64,000 nt of DNA from an uncultured Bacteroidota bacterium (lineage in GTDB: Bacteria; Bacteroidota; Bacteroidia; Flavobacteriales; Flavobacteriaceae), in NCBI GenBank assembly GCA_902629505.1, contig CACORF010000003.1, forward strand, positions 11,939-75,938, given 5' to 3'. Of the stretch, positions 16,788-26,868 are shown one piece after another; within the stretch, counting starts at the first letter, position 1, and every line of letters starts with the position of its first letter. The translations under genes and the position numbers were made by a program. Under the pieces are notes generated by a model. That model was not told the DNA's origin. It searched no databases and saw only the letters and a list, made by a program, of their open reading frames with translations.

Positions 16788-17652
16788 ATCATTCAAAGAT
16801 TATTACTTCTTAATACTATTAATATTATTTAGTTGTTCAACTGAACAGGAAAAGGAAATTTATGAAAGCGCTGTTGTCCTTGAATCTATAGTTTTACCAA
16901 AAGTCATAAATGAAACTTCAGGTTTAGAAATTCTAAATGAAGTTTTTTTAACTCATAATGATTCTGGAGGTGAACCTAGTTTATATTTTTTTAACCTTAA
17001 TGGTGAGATCATAAATTCTGTAAAGTTGGATGAGGAATCTTCCTGGCAAATTTATAACATTGATTGGGAAGATGTTGCAGCTGACGAAGATTATATATTC
17101 ATTGCTGATACAGGTAACAATTTTGGAAATAGAGACAATCTTAACATTATAAAAGTTAAGACAAATGACTTTAGTGTCGATGATAAAATTGATGTTGCCT
17201 ATAAAGATCAAAAAACATTTATTCCTAGACCAAAACATAAGTATGATGCTGAAGCATTATTTTTAATTGAAGATAAAATTGCAATATTATCTAAGGATAG
17301 AAGTAATTTATTTACTGATTTATATTTAATTGATAAAGAAAGTAGTTCAAGACAAGTCCTTGAAAGTAAAGTTACATATGATGTAAATTCTCTTATTACT
17401 GGAGGTGACTATAACGAGGAGCTAAGACTTCTTGCCCTTGTCAGTTATAGTTCAAAGGGTAGTCAGTACTTAATATTATTTGAAAATTTTAGCTTAGAGA
17501 ACTTAGCAGAGAAGAAATTTAGAAAAATTAAAATTCCAATTGAGAGAGCACAGATTGAAGCAATAAAAATAATTGACAATTCGACATTTTGGATTACGTC
17601 TGAGGATGAAGGGGTTGGAAGTCCTTATATGTATAAAGTAAGAGTAAAATAA
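16780..17652 (+). CDS. Uncharacterised lipoprotein (beta-propeller-like; 'ETSGL', 'NDSGG', 'DWEDVA..IADTGNNFGNR' motifs)
   Basis: Lipobox LILFSC. Overlaps the upstream gene by 8 nt. The motifs resemble SdiA-regulated/phytase-like propeller families, but I cannot assign a family. Confidence 0.45.
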   Translation: MFKSFKDYYFLILLILFSCSTEQEKEIYESAVVLESIVLPKVINETSGLEILNEVFLTHNDSGGEPSLYFFNLNGEIINSVKLDEESSWQIYNIDWEDVAADEDYIFIADTGNNFGNRDNLNIIKVKTNDFSVDDKIDVAYKDQKTFIPRPKHKYDAEALFLIEDKIAILSKDRSNLFTDLYLIDKESSSRQVLESKVTYDVNSLITGGDYNEELRLLALVSYSSKGSQYLILFENFSLENLAEKKFRKIKIPIERAQIEAIKIIDNSTFWITSEDEGVGSPYMYKVRVK

Positions 17653-17654
17653 AA

Positions 17655-17736
17655 AAACGCTCCTAACAAAACCAATTAACAAAAATTCAAAATTAACCTA
17701 GCTAAAAAAGGACTAAAAATGACCTTAGGAGCGTTT
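17655..17736. other. 12-bp perfect inverted repeat (aaacgctcctaa / ttaggagcgttt) separated by 58 nt, in a convergent intergenic spacer
   Basis: Arms read at 17655-17666 and 17725-17736. On the minus strand the stem is followed by TTTTATTTT. This could be an atypical terminator for the LpxR-like gene or a small structured RNA. Confidence 0.3.
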
Positions 17737-17797
17737 GTGAATCAATACTTAAAAATAAGATAATTCTTAGCGATATAATTTTAAAGAAAAGTTAAAA

Positions 17798-18694
17798 TTA
17801 GTTCAGTTGATAGCTTAAACTGATTTTTAAAAAGGGGTGTCTTAAAGTTCTTTGCAAATTGGTATCCTTTGACATTGAGTTAAACGTTGTAAGTAATTGA
17901 AGTTTTTGGAAACGTTTTTGAAACCCAACCTCAATTGTATTCCTGTATTTATTTGATGGCATTGTAAGCTCAGCGTTTTCATTAAACAAGCTTCCTTCTA
18001 ATTTATAATCATGTAAATAATATTCCTGACTGGTCCCAATATAAAATGATAAATTATTATTTAATTGATTTATAATATTGTCTGAAATACTAAGCCACTT
18101 TAATTCTCCAACTAAAAGACCAATATTTATTCCTGCCATTAACTGATAGGTTCCTAACCGTGAATAAAATTCTGTTGTAATATTTATGTTGTCTTCCAAT
18201 TTAAAGCCTTTGAAATAATTTGCAACTAAATTTATTTGAAGTTCCTGAGGCATCTGGGATTTCCATTCCAGATTTGGTAAATTTAAAACAAGATCATGGT
18301 ATAAATTCTGCATTCCTTTAGCCAATGATGCGTTACCTGTAATTCCAATATTTACTCCATAAGTAAAACTGGAGTAATCAGATAGCTGTTTTTGATTTAA
18401 TCCCTCCAAAAATAAATAGCCACTATATGGGTAATCATATTTATTTGGATCTGTCTCATATCTGCTTGATGGAGTATAGATAAACTGTCCTAATTTAAAA
18501 TGATTAATAAAGGTTTTTTCTTCTTCATTTTTATAAGATGAGTATGAGAGAAAAATTCCACTTGAATAGTAAAAGTCTCTGTCAAAATAAAGATCATTAT
18601 CTACATCCAAATTAACCTGTTGCTGAGAATAGCTATAACTTGAAATCGTTACAACTAGGGTAATCAAAAATCTAAGGAATGCTTTTTTAGACAA
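17798..18694 (-). CDS. LpxR-like (DUF2219) outer-membrane lipid A deacylase family protein
   Basis: Signal peptide. 'NLDVDNDLYFDRDFYYSSGIFLSY' resembles the N-terminal ENDxF...D..YT.G block of the LpxR family. Barrel-like composition and a C-terminal 'ISLSYQLN'. Confidence 0.5.
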   Translation of the reverse strand: MSKKAFLRFLITLVVTISSYSYSQQQVNLDVDNDLYFDRDFYYSSGIFLSYSSYKNEEEKTFINHFKLGQFIYTPSSRYETDPNKYDYPYSGYLFLEGLNQKQLSDYSSFTYGVNIGITGNASLAKGMQNLYHDLVLNLPNLEWKSQMPQELQINLVANYFKGFKLEDNINITTEFYSRLGTYQLMAGINIGLLVGELKWLSISDNIINQLNNNLSFYIGTSQEYYLHDYKLEGSLFNENAELTMPSNKYRNTIEVGFQKRFQKLQLLTTFNSMSKDTNLQRTLRHPFLKISLSYQLN

Positions 18695-18734
18695 TTAAAT
18701 TAATTTTACTCTAATTTAAACATTATTATTTTTT

Positions 18735-19244
18735 ATGATTAAAATTGAATTAGCTGGAATAAATGATATTAATGACATAATGAAAATGATTCATGATTGC
18801 GCAAATGATTTAATAGGCCAAAATATTTTTCAGTGGAATGAAAAATATCCAAGTAGAGATATTTTTTTATCTGATATTGAAAAAAAGAATTTATTTATAC
18901 TAAAAAACAACTCAGGAATTATAGGCTGTATAGCACTTTCTCATGAAAAAGATATAGAGTACACTGATGTAAAGTGGCTAACCAAAGATGATAAAAATTT
19001 GTATTTGCATAGGTTAGCTGTTGATCCAAAATTTCAAAAAAAAGGGATAGGTAAATTATTAATGGATTTTGCTGAAGATTATGCCCGAAATAATAAATTT
19101 ATATCTGTCAGGCTTGACACATTTAGTAAGAATGAAAGAAATAATAGGTTTTATAAATCAAGAAAATACACAAGGCTTGATGATGTTTATTTTCCAAATC
19201 AAAGTGAGTTTCCTTTTCATTGCTATGAAAAGATATTGGATTAA
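18735..19244 (+). CDS. GNAT-family N-acetyltransferase
   Basis: 'LHRLAVDPKFQKKGIGKLLMDFAE' acetyl-CoA binding motif (Q/R-x-x-G-x-G/A). Confidence 0.8.
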   Translation: MIKIELAGINDINDIMKMIHDCANDLIGQNIFQWNEKYPSRDIFLSDIEKKNLFILKNNSGIIGCIALSHEKDIEYTDVKWLTKDDKNLYLHRLAVDPKFQKKGIGKLLMDFAEDYARNNKFISVRLDTFSKNERNNRFYKSRKYTRLDDVYFPNQSEFPFHCYEKILD

Positions 19245-21526
19245 AAACCTAGCTCTTCAAGATCTTTTTTCTTCTTAGAACTTTCAATATTTAAATTTTC
19301 ACAATCTAATGGAATTGTAACTAATTCTGGGACTGGAAAATCTTCTGATGATATTCCTAAATCTGGATTTAGATAAGCTTTCTTCATGTATTGTCCCCAG
19401 ATAGGGAGAGCCATAGTAGCTCCTTGACCAAAAGCAATATCCTCAAAATGGATAGATCGGTCTTCACCTCCAACCCAAACTCCAGTTACAAGGTTTGGAA
19501 CCATCCCCATGAACCATCCATCACTTTGATTTTGAGTTGTTCCAGTTTTTCCAGCAATAGCATTTTCAAATGCATATGGATATCCTGTAACTAAATTCTT
19601 ATAGATATAATTTGTTTCTTCCAATCCGGAATGTCTGAGTCTTCCTCCTGAGCCGTATTTTGTTACACCTTCCATTAGATTAACTGTCACATATGCTGCT
19701 TCTTCACTAATAACATCTGTTGTATTTGGTATTACTTCAAAAAGTGGTACTCCATTTTTATCCTCTATCCTTGTAATAAAAATTGGCTCAATATAAATCC
19801 CTTTGTTTACAAAAGTGCTGTATGCCCCTACCATTTCATATAGACTTAGATCTGGTGTTCCAAGAGCAATTGATGGTACCTCAGGTAAAAATGAATTTAT
19901 TCCCATTTTTTTCATCAAAGCAACAACAGGTTTTGGTCCAACCTGATCCATTATTCTTGCACTGATTGTATTAATTGAATTAGCTAAAGCATTTTTTAAA
20001 TTTCGTGTCTGACCATATTTATCACTTGAGTTCTTTGGACACCATGCATCAATATTACCATGTTTGCCTGGCTCAATACAATATAATGCATCTGGTACAG
20101 TATAACATGGTGAAAGTTTTAATTGATCAATTGCTGTCGCATATAGAAAAGGTTTAAAAGTGGAACCTATTTGGCGTCTTCCTTGTTTTACTTGATCATA
20201 TTGGAAATGTTTATAGTTAACACCTCCAACCCATGCTTTAACATGACCTGTTTGTGGCTCCATTGACATCATTGAAGCTCTAAGATGGAACTTATAATAT
20301 TTAATTGAATCAATTGGCTTCATTATAGTATCAATCTCACCATTCCATGAAAATATTTTCATTGGAGTTTCTACCTGGAATGTTTTCCAAATCTCATCTT
20401 CATCCTTACCACTTAGTTTCATCTTTCTCCATCTCTCAGATCTCATTGCTGATAATTTAATTAATGTATCAACTTGACCCTCTCTTAAATCTCTAAATGG
20501 TGGTGTTAGATTTTCTTCAGATTCTTTATTTTGGGCAAAAAATTCTGATTGGAGATTCTTCATGTGCTCATTGACTGATTCTTCAGCGATTGATTGAAGC
20601 CTAGAGTCAATAGTTGTATAAATTCTTAGGCCATCTTTATATAGATTATATCTTTCACCATCAGCTTTTGGGTTATCTCTTAGCCATTTATTCATAAACT
20701 CTTGAAGATATGCTCTAAAATATGTGGCTAAACCTTCTCTGTGTGACTCTGGAGAATAATCAATATTTAGAGGAAGCATAGATAATGAGTCTCTTTGATC
20801 TTTTGTGATCATCTCATTTCTGTACATTTGTTGGAAAACAACATTTCTTCTTTCTGTAACAAGTTCTGGTCTTCTAAGCGGATTGTAAAGTGATGAGTTC
20901 TTTAACATTCCCACAAGGGTAGCAGCATCTTCAATTAGAAGTGAGTCAGGAGTTTTATTAAAGTAAATTTTTGAAGCTGAGCGAACTCCATCAGCTGTGT
21001 TGTTAAAATCATATATGTTTAAATACATAGCAATAATTTCATTTTTGGTATATCTTTTCTCAATTTGAATAGCTAGAACCCACTCTCTTGCTTTTTGGAG
21101 AACTGCTTGAATAATATTTCTAGATCTGACCCCAACAAAAAGCTGTCTAGCTAGTTGTTGGCTAATTGTACTTGAACCACCTCTTGTATTTAAAAAAATT
21201 ATTGCTCTTAATGTTGATCTTATGTCGATTCCTGGATGATTATAAAACCTTTCATCTTCAGTAGCAATCAAAGCATCAACCAAATTTTTAGGAAGTTCAT
21301 CATAAGTTATGGGAGTTCTGTTATCGTTAAAATAATATTTACCTAATATTTCTCCATCTGAAGATATAATTTGAGTAGCTAGATTAGTGTTTGGATTTTC
21401 CAGTTGTTCGAATTGAGGCATTTCTCCAAACGTCCCATTTCCTGCAAGAATAAACAATCCAAAGAAGGATATTAACCCAACTAAAATTGAAGCCCATAAT
21501 AATCTAATAGTGAGTAATCTTTTCAT
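19241..21526 (-). CDS. mrcA: Bifunctional class A penicillin-binding protein (PBP1A; transglycosylase/transpeptidase)
   Basis: GT51 motifs 'EDERFYNHPGID' and 'GGSTISQQLARQL'. Transpeptidase 'STFKPF', 'SINT' and 'KTGTT'. Confidence 0.92.
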   Translation of the reverse strand: MKRLLTIRLLWASILVGLISFFGLFILAGNGTFGEMPQFEQLENPNTNLATQIISSDGEILGKYYFNDNRTPITYDELPKNLVDALIATEDERFYNHPGIDIRSTLRAIIFLNTRGGSSTISQQLARQLFVGVRSRNIIQAVLQKAREWVLAIQIEKRYTKNEIIAMYLNIYDFNNTADGVRSASKIYFNKTPDSLLIEDAATLVGMLKNSSLYNPLRRPELVTERRNVVFQQMYRNEMITKDQRDSLSMLPLNIDYSPESHREGLATYFRAYLQEFMNKWLRDNPKADGERYNLYKDGLRIYTTIDSRLQSIAEESVNEHMKNLQSEFFAQNKESEENLTPPFRDLREGQVDTLIKLSAMRSERWRKMKLSGKDEDEIWKTFQVETPMKIFSWNGEIDTIMKPIDSIKYYKFHLRASMMSMEPQTGHVKAWVGGVNYKHFQYDQVKQGRRQIGSTFKPFLYATAIDQLKLSPCYTVPDALYCIEPGKHGNIDAWCPKNSSDKYGQTRNLKNALANSINTISARIMDQVGPKPVVALMKKMGINSFLPEVPSIALGTPDLSLYEMVGAYSTFVNKGIYIEPIFITRIEDKNGVPLFEVIPNTTDVISEEAAYVTVNLMEGVTKYGSGGRLRHSGLEETNYIYKNLVTGYPYAFENAIAGKTGTTQNQSDGWFMGMVPNLVTGVWVGGEDRSIHFEDIAFGQGATMALPIWGQYMKKAYLNPDLGISSEDFPVPELVTIPLDCENLNIESSKKKKDLEELGF

Positions 21527-21527
21527 A

Positions 21528-22562
21528 TTAGTCTATTTTATATTTCAGTTTAGTTGATCTTCCTTTTTTAAAAATCTTATTGCTATTTCCTTTTCCTTTT
21601 CGTAGTGATTTCTGCTCATCATAGGGAAGTGCATTGATTTTCTTACATTCATCTGAGCAACAATTATTCATCTGCTTTTTGCAATCATCACACTGAATAA
21701 AAAGCAAATGACATGATTCATTCGCACAATTTACATGAGTATCACAAGGGGCTCCACACTGATGACAATTTGAGACAATTTTATCTGAAACTCTTTCGCC
21801 TAGTCTTTCGTCAAATACAAAGTTTTTTCCAAGAAAATTGTTTTCTAGATTTTGGTCTTTAACTTGTCGAATGTATTCTATTATTCCCCCTGCAAGTTGA
21901 AAAACATTTTGAATCCCTTTGTATTTAAGATACGCACTTGCTTTTTCACATCTGATTCCTCCTGTGCAGTACATTAAATAGTTTCTATCTTTTCCATTTT
22001 TATCTAACTCTTTGTCAATTATTTGCAAGGATTCTCTAAAAGTATCCACATCTGGTTTTATAGCACCCTTGAAGAATCCTATTTCACTTTCATAATGATT
22101 CCTCATATCGATGCAAATAGTGTTTTTATTATTTAGCATTTCATTAAATCTCTTAGCATCCAAATGTTCACCAATTCTTGTTACGTCAAAAGTGGAATCA
22201 TCAAGTCCATCATTAACAATTTTATCTCTAATCTTTATGGTTAATTTTAAAAAAGATTTACTGAAATTTTCATGAGCTATATTCAGTCTAATATCTTTTA
22301 ATGGGGTTATTTCATTGACTGATATCTTAAATTTTTTATAGTTTTCTTTAGGAACTGAGAGCTGAGCATTAATACCCTCCTTTGCAACATAAATTCTACC
22401 TAAAACATCTAGATCAGACCATAAAATAAATAAATGATCTCGGAATAGCGATGGGTTACCTAATTTGAAATACTTGTAGAAAGAGAGTGTGAGTCTCTCT
22501 TGAGAATTTTCATCAATTATCCTGGCACGCTCAATAGCGCTAAGTTTATTGTACAGTTGCAT
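21528..22562 (-). CDS. trhO: Rhodanese-domain tRNA U34 hydroxylase (UPF0176/TrhO family)
   Basis: 'YCTGGIRCEKASAYL' active-site loop and a C-terminal Cys-rich tail, typical of YceA/TrhO. Confidence 0.8.
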   Translation of the reverse strand: MQLYNKLSAIERARIIDENSQERLTLSFYKYFKLGNPSLFRDHLFILWSDLDVLGRIYVAKEGINAQLSVPKENYKKFKISVNEITPLKDIRLNIAHENFSKSFLKLTIKIRDKIVNDGLDDSTFDVTRIGEHLDAKRFNEMLNNKNTICIDMRNHYESEIGFFKGAIKPDVDTFRESLQIIDKELDKNGKDRNYLMYCTGGIRCEKASAYLKYKGIQNVFQLAGGIIEYIRQVKDQNLENNFLGKNFVFDERLGERVSDKIVSNCHQCGAPCDTHVNCANESCHLLFIQCDDCKKQMNNCCSDECKKINALPYDEQKSLRKGKGNSNKIFKKGRSTKLKYKID

Positions 22563-22581
22563 GCTATACTAATATAGATAG

Positions 22582-22589
22582 CAAAATTA
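22582..22589 (-). promoter_or_regulatory. Candidate -7 box (TAATTTTG on the minus strand) for trhO
   Basis: Plus-strand CAAAATTA, 19 nt upstream of the trhO ATG (22562). Confidence 0.3.
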
Positions 22590-22621
22590 CAACTTTTTAC
22601 TAACCTTATGTTTATTTATTT

Positions 22622-23953
22622 TTAGTCGTCTAAACCTGTTTGTTTTTCACCCACTAAAAGAAACTCTGTTAGTCGACCATTGATATATCTAAATCCATCT
22701 TCACCAAAGAATCCTGGAACTTCTAGCATAATCCTTATATCTTTATCCCACTCCTCAATATATACAGTTGTATTTAGTTCAATAGCATATGCTGTGTTAA
22801 ATTGTAGAGGGTAGTCTCCGGTGTAAGGAACGCCTCCTTGTGAGTCCCACATTCCAATAGTAGTCCCTGCAGAATGTCCATATGTGCCCAGCGGATGAGT
22901 ATAAATAGAAGGTCTCAAGCCTTCAGCCTTTCCTTGTTCAAGAGATCTTCTCAAAATTTCATTTCCTGTTAATCCTTGCCTAAAATTATTTGTGAAAATA
23001 TCTTGTACCCTCGTACCTTCTTTAAACGCTTTTATCAAAAAGTCTGGAGCCTTTGTTTCTCCAGGTTTCAGCACATATGCTAACTCTTGGGTATCAGTAT
23101 TTAAAGTCAAGTATGAAATACCAAAATCACAATGAAGAAGATCTCCGGGTAATATTATATCAAATTTTGATTTATTATCAAATGCATACAAGTCACTATT
23201 ATCCTTTCTTTGAACATCTACGGTGGGATGAAACCACGTGTTTAAGCCAAGAGATGAAACTTTTTCACGCATCCACCATACTACATCATCAGTACTAGTT
23301 ACTCCAGGTGTAATGACTTTAGTAGAAAAAGCTTCTCTAATTATCGAGCTGCTAATTTCAACTAATTGAGAAAATACTGTCATCTCTAAATCTGTTCTAG
23401 TTTCTATCCAAGCAATTGCAAGGTCTTCAGCAGAAGTAATTTTTTTTCTGAATTTCGGGGATAAAACATCATAGAGCTGGTCGTAATGATATTTACTGAG
23501 TCCGTCAGCTAACGATTCATAGCTAGAAGTATTTAATCCTATTTTTTCTGGATTTTTACTAACTATGTAATCTTTTAAGGCTTCCCATTGATTAGGCTGT
23601 TTTTCCTTATCCCAAATTGATGGTATATTTTCACCAAAGGCATATCTCGCTATAGCAACTGATTCAAATTTTTTAGTTTTTTTATCTAAAGAAAACACTA
23701 AAATAGTTGTTCTTCTAGCATTTAGCCATGTGGGAGGCAACATAGTTTTTATTATTGGATCTTCATTATATTCTCTAGCAATTAAAACCCACATATCAAT
23801 GTCAGTTTTTTCCATTAACTGAGGTAATAATTTATTAAGTCTTTCTTTTTGAAGTTTGTTTACAAACGCAGCCCTTTCCTTTAATGGAAGGATATCTTGT
23901 GCATAAATGTTTGTTGCGAATATGGCTGTAAATAATATTAATATTTTTCTCAT
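22622..23953 (-). CDS. Exported M24-family metallopeptidase (Xaa-Pro aminopeptidase-like)
   Basis: Signal peptide MRKILILFTAIFATNIYAQ. 'LHCDFGISY', 'HPLGTYGHSAG' and 'AIELNT' pita-bread-fold metal-ligand blocks. Confidence 0.7.
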   Translation of the reverse strand: MRKILILFTAIFATNIYAQDILPLKERAAFVNKLQKERLNKLLPQLMEKTDIDMWVLIAREYNEDPIIKTMLPPTWLNARRTTILVFSLDKKTKKFESVAIARYAFGENIPSIWDKEKQPNQWEALKDYIVSKNPEKIGLNTSSYESLADGLSKYHYDQLYDVLSPKFRKKITSAEDLAIAWIETRTDLEMTVFSQLVEISSSIIREAFSTKVITPGVTSTDDVVWWMREKVSSLGLNTWFHPTVDVQRKDNSDLYAFDNKSKFDIILPGDLLHCDFGISYLTLNTDTQELAYVLKPGETKAPDFLIKAFKEGTRVQDIFTNNFRQGLTGNEILRRSLEQGKAEGLRPSIYTHPLGTYGHSAGTTIGMWDSQGGVPYTGDYPLQFNTAYAIELNTTVYIEEWDKDIRIMLEVPGFFGEDGFRYINGRLTEFLLVGEKQTGLDD

Positions 23954-24007
23954 AGTTTGGTAAAATATAAATATAAAAAATATTACTTTAGTGATAAATG
24001 ATTCAAT

Positions 24008-25009
24008 ATGTCAGATCCTAAAGATTCTAAACTAAAAGCACTAAAACTAACATTAGACAAATTAGATAAAACCTACGGTAAGGGCTCCGTTATGAAGCTG
24101 GGTGATCAAACTGTTGAAAAAGTTGAATCAATATCTTCAGGCTCCATTGGTCTGGATATAGCTCTAGGTGTCGGCGGCTATCCAAAAGGAAGAGTAATAG
24201 AAATATATGGACCAGAGTCTTCTGGTAAAACTACACTGACGTTGCACGCAATTGCAGAATGTCAAAAGGCAGGTGGCATTGCAGCTTTTATTGATGCAGA
24301 ACATGCATTCGACAGATTTTATGCCGAAAAGCTTGGGGTAGATCTAGGAGAGTTAGTGATTTCACAACCTGATAATGGGGAACAAGCCCTAGAAATAGCT
24401 GACAACTTGATAAGGTCTGGAGCAGTAGATGCATTGGTAATCGACTCCGTTGCTGCTCTAACACCAAAAAGCGAAATAGAGGGAGAAATGGGAGATTCAA
24501 AAATGGGATTACATGCAAGACTAATGTCTCAAGCATTAAGAAAACTTACAGCATCAATTAGTAAGACAAATTGCACTGTGTTTTTCATTAATCAATTAAG
24601 AGAAAAGATTGGTGTGATGTTTGGAAATCCTGAAACTACGACTGGAGGTAATGCTCTAAAATTTTATGCTTCTGTTAGAATTGATATTAGAAGATCGACA
24701 CAACTAAAAAATACAGAAGGAGGAGTATTAGGGAATAAAACAAGAGTAAAAATAGTTAAGAATAAAGTTGCTCCCCCTTTCAAGACTGCTGAATTTGACA
24801 TAATGTACGGAGAAGGGATCTCTAAAATTGGTGAAATACTTGATATTGGTGTTGAAAGAGATATAATAGAGAAAAGTGGATCATGGTTTAGTTATGGAGG
24901 AAGTAAACTTGGTCAAGGTAGAGACTCCGTTAAATCTATTTTGAAAGATAATCCTGAACTTATGGAAGAGCTTGAACAAAAGATTCTTGAAGAACTTAAA
25001 TCAGATTAA
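24008..25009 (+). CDS. recA: Recombinase RecA
   Basis: '[10 protein letters not shown]' Walker A, 'AFIDAEHA', 'VIDSVAAL' and '[32 protein letters not shown]'. Confidence 0.98.
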   Translation: MSDPKDSKLKALKLTLDKLDKTYGKGSVMKLGDQTVEKVESISSGSIGLDIALGVGGYPKGRVIEIYGPESSGKTTLTLHAIAECQKAGGIAAFIDAEHAFDRFYAEKLGVDLGELVISQPDNGEQALEIADNLIRSGAVDALVIDSVAALTPKSEIEGEMGDSKMGLHARLMSQALRKLTASISKTNCTVFFINQLREKIGVMFGNPETTTGGNALKFYASVRIDIRRSTQLKNTEGGVLGNKTRVKIVKNKVAPPFKTAEFDIMYGEGISKIGEILDIGVERDIIEKSGSWFSYGGSKLGQGRDSVKSILKDNPELMEELEQKILEELKSD

Positions 25010-25788
25010 GCTAATATTTTTTTCCATTTTTCTGTTGCTGTAACAGCAGCTTTTTTAGGATCATTTTCTAATTCCCGTTTTATTAAATCAAAAGCTTTCT
25101 TTGTCAGCATTGGTATATCATCTTCTCCAAGACCATCTACACTAATTTTGTCTAAAACTTTAACTCTTAATTTTCCTAGTGATCCGAATTTTGGGTACCA
25201 TGGATGTTTTAACTTTAAGTCATAGAATACGAGAGGTATAATTGGAAGATTATTATCGATGGCAATCTTAAAAGCTCCTCTCTTAAAATCGGCCAAAAGA
25301 ATTGTGTCATCCATGTAATGAGATTCAGGAAATATACACACATTATAACCACGCTTCAACATTTCGTTTGCCTTTCCATAAACTTCAAATCTACTTTTTG
25401 GATCAGATCTGTCAACCATAATGGCCGCACGCTTATATACATATCCAAATAGTGGAATACTATATAATTCTTTCTTACCAACAAACATAAATGGCTTTTT
25501 ATTTGCTATAAGCATTAAAAAAACATCCATGTGACTAGAGTGATTAGCTATAATAAGACAGTTAGTTGCTGAATTTAATTTTTCTTTATTTTCTATAGTT
25601 ACATAATACCCACTCCCATGAAGAATAATTCTGGCCCATATATTTCTTGCAATCCAAAATAATTTAGTGTAAGCCTTTGGCAACGTAAGTATTATTACTA
25701 AAAAAGGGAAATATATAACTACTTGTATACCTGCTAGAAAATAAAACCAGGTTTGAAGCCATATCTTAAGTAAGAGCTTTTTTATCAT
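25006..25788 (-). CDS. plsC: 1-acyl-sn-glycerol-3-phosphate acyltransferase (PlsC family)
   Basis: 'NHSSHMDV' HX4D motif and 'FPESH'. The start is trimmed to ATG 25788 (MIKKLLLK...), which removes the overlap with the trpS promoter and start. Confidence 0.8.
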   Translation of the reverse strand: MIKKLLLKIWLQTWFYFLAGIQVVIYFPFLVIILTLPKAYTKLFWIARNIWARIILHGSGYYVTIENKEKLNSATNCLIIANHSSHMDVFLMLIANKKPFMFVGKKELYSIPLFGYVYKRAAIMVDRSDPKSRFEVYGKANEMLKRGYNVCIFPESHYMDDTILLADFKRGAFKIAIDNNLPIIPLVFYDLKLKHPWYPKFGSLGKLRVKVLDKISVDGLGEDDIPMLTKKAFDLIKRELENDPKKAAVTATEKWKKILA

Positions 25789-25812
25789 GTCTAAATAATT
25801 GACATTATTTAT

Positions 25813-25820
25813 CAAAGGTA
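25813..25820 (-). promoter_or_regulatory. Candidate -7 box (TACCTTTG on the minus strand) for plsC
   Basis: Plus-strand CAAAGGTA, 24 nt upstream of ATG 25788. Confidence 0.3.
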
Positions 25821-25828
25821 ACAGGTAT

Positions 25829-25859
25829 TTTGTTTCAAGGTCAAAAAAAAATATCTTTG
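25829..25859 (+). promoter_or_regulatory. Candidate Bacteroidota promoter for trpS: -33 TTTG (25829-25832) and -7 TATCTTTG (25852-25859)
   Basis: Both elements are exact, with a 19-nt spacer containing an A9 run. The -7 box ends 17 nt before ATG 25877. Confidence 0.45.
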
Positions 25860-25876
25860 TTTTGTAAATAACTCTC

Positions 25877-26845
25877 ATGGCCAAAATACTAACTGGCATT
25901 CAATCCACAGGAACTCCTCACCTTGGTAATATACTCGGAGCAATTATTCCTGCTGTAGAAATGGCAAATTCAACTAGTGATGAATCGTATCTTTTTATCG
26001 CTAATATGCATTCTCTTACTCAAATTAAAAATGAAAAAATTCTTAAAGAGAATACATTTTCAACCGCGGCAACATGGTTAGCGTTTGGCTTAGATCCACA
26101 AAAAACTTGCTTTTACAGACAAAGTGACGTGCCAGAAGTAACAGAGTTAGCTTGGTATTTAAGTTGTTTTTTTCCATATCAGAGATTGAAATTGGCTCAC
26201 TCATTTAAAGACAAGTCTGATAACTTAAAAGATGTAAATTCTGGACTATTTTCTTATCCAATGTTAATGTCTGCTGATATTCTTCTTTATGACGCTGACA
26301 TTGTCCCTGTTGGAAAAGATCAACTACAGCATCTTGAAATGACAAGAGATGTAGCCTCAAGATTTAATAATTTGATGGGGGAAACATTTATTATACCTGA
26401 AGCTAAAATTCATGATAACACAAAGCTCATTACTGGAACAAATGGTGAGAAAATGAGTAAATCAAAGAGTAACATCATAGATATTTTTGTAGATGACAAG
26501 ACACTAAGAAAGCAAATTATGAAGATTGAGACTCGCAGCCTGTCAGTTGAAGATCCAAAAAATCCAGAAGAATGCAATGTATTTAGGTTATATGAAGTTG
26601 TCGCTTCAAAAAATGAAGTTGAATTATTGAAAAAACAATATTTAAAAGGAGGGGTTGGTTATGGTGAAGCGAAAGAACTATTGTTGAATAAAATTTTAAA
26701 TCGTTTTTCAGAAAACAGAGAAAAATATTTTAAGTTAATAGAAGATAGATCTAAAGTTGAAGACCTACTGTCAAGAGGATCCAAGAAGGCAAGAGTTCAA
26801 GCACAAAAAGTTCTTAAAAGAGTTAGGAGTCGTGTTGGTTTTTAG
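25877..26845 (+). CDS. trpS: Tryptophan--tRNA ligase
   Basis: 'GIQSTGTPHLGNILGA' (HIGH region), 'KMSKS', and size typical of TrpRS. Confidence 0.95.
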   Translation: MAKILTGIQSTGTPHLGNILGAIIPAVEMANSTSDESYLFIANMHSLTQIKNEKILKENTFSTAATWLAFGLDPQKTCFYRQSDVPEVTELAWYLSCFFPYQRLKLAHSFKDKSDNLKDVNSGLFSYPMLMSADILLYDADIVPVGKDQLQHLEMTRDVASRFNNLMGETFIIPEAKIHDNTKLITGTNGEKMSKSKSNIIDIFVDDKTLRKQIMKIETRSLSVEDPKNPEECNVFRLYEVVASKNEVELLKKQYLKGGVGYGEAKELLLNKILNRFSENREKYFKLIEDRSKVEDLLSRGSKKARVQAQKVLKRVRSRVGF

Positions 26846-26868
26846 CTGTTTTTTTTTAAATTTACTTA

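Noticed and set aside
25841-25851. The A9 run in the trpS promoter spacer as a phase-variation switch.
   Set aside because: trpS is an essential single-copy housekeeping gene. Homopolymeric A/T runs are common in this AT-rich sequence, and there is no evidence of variability from a single sequence.
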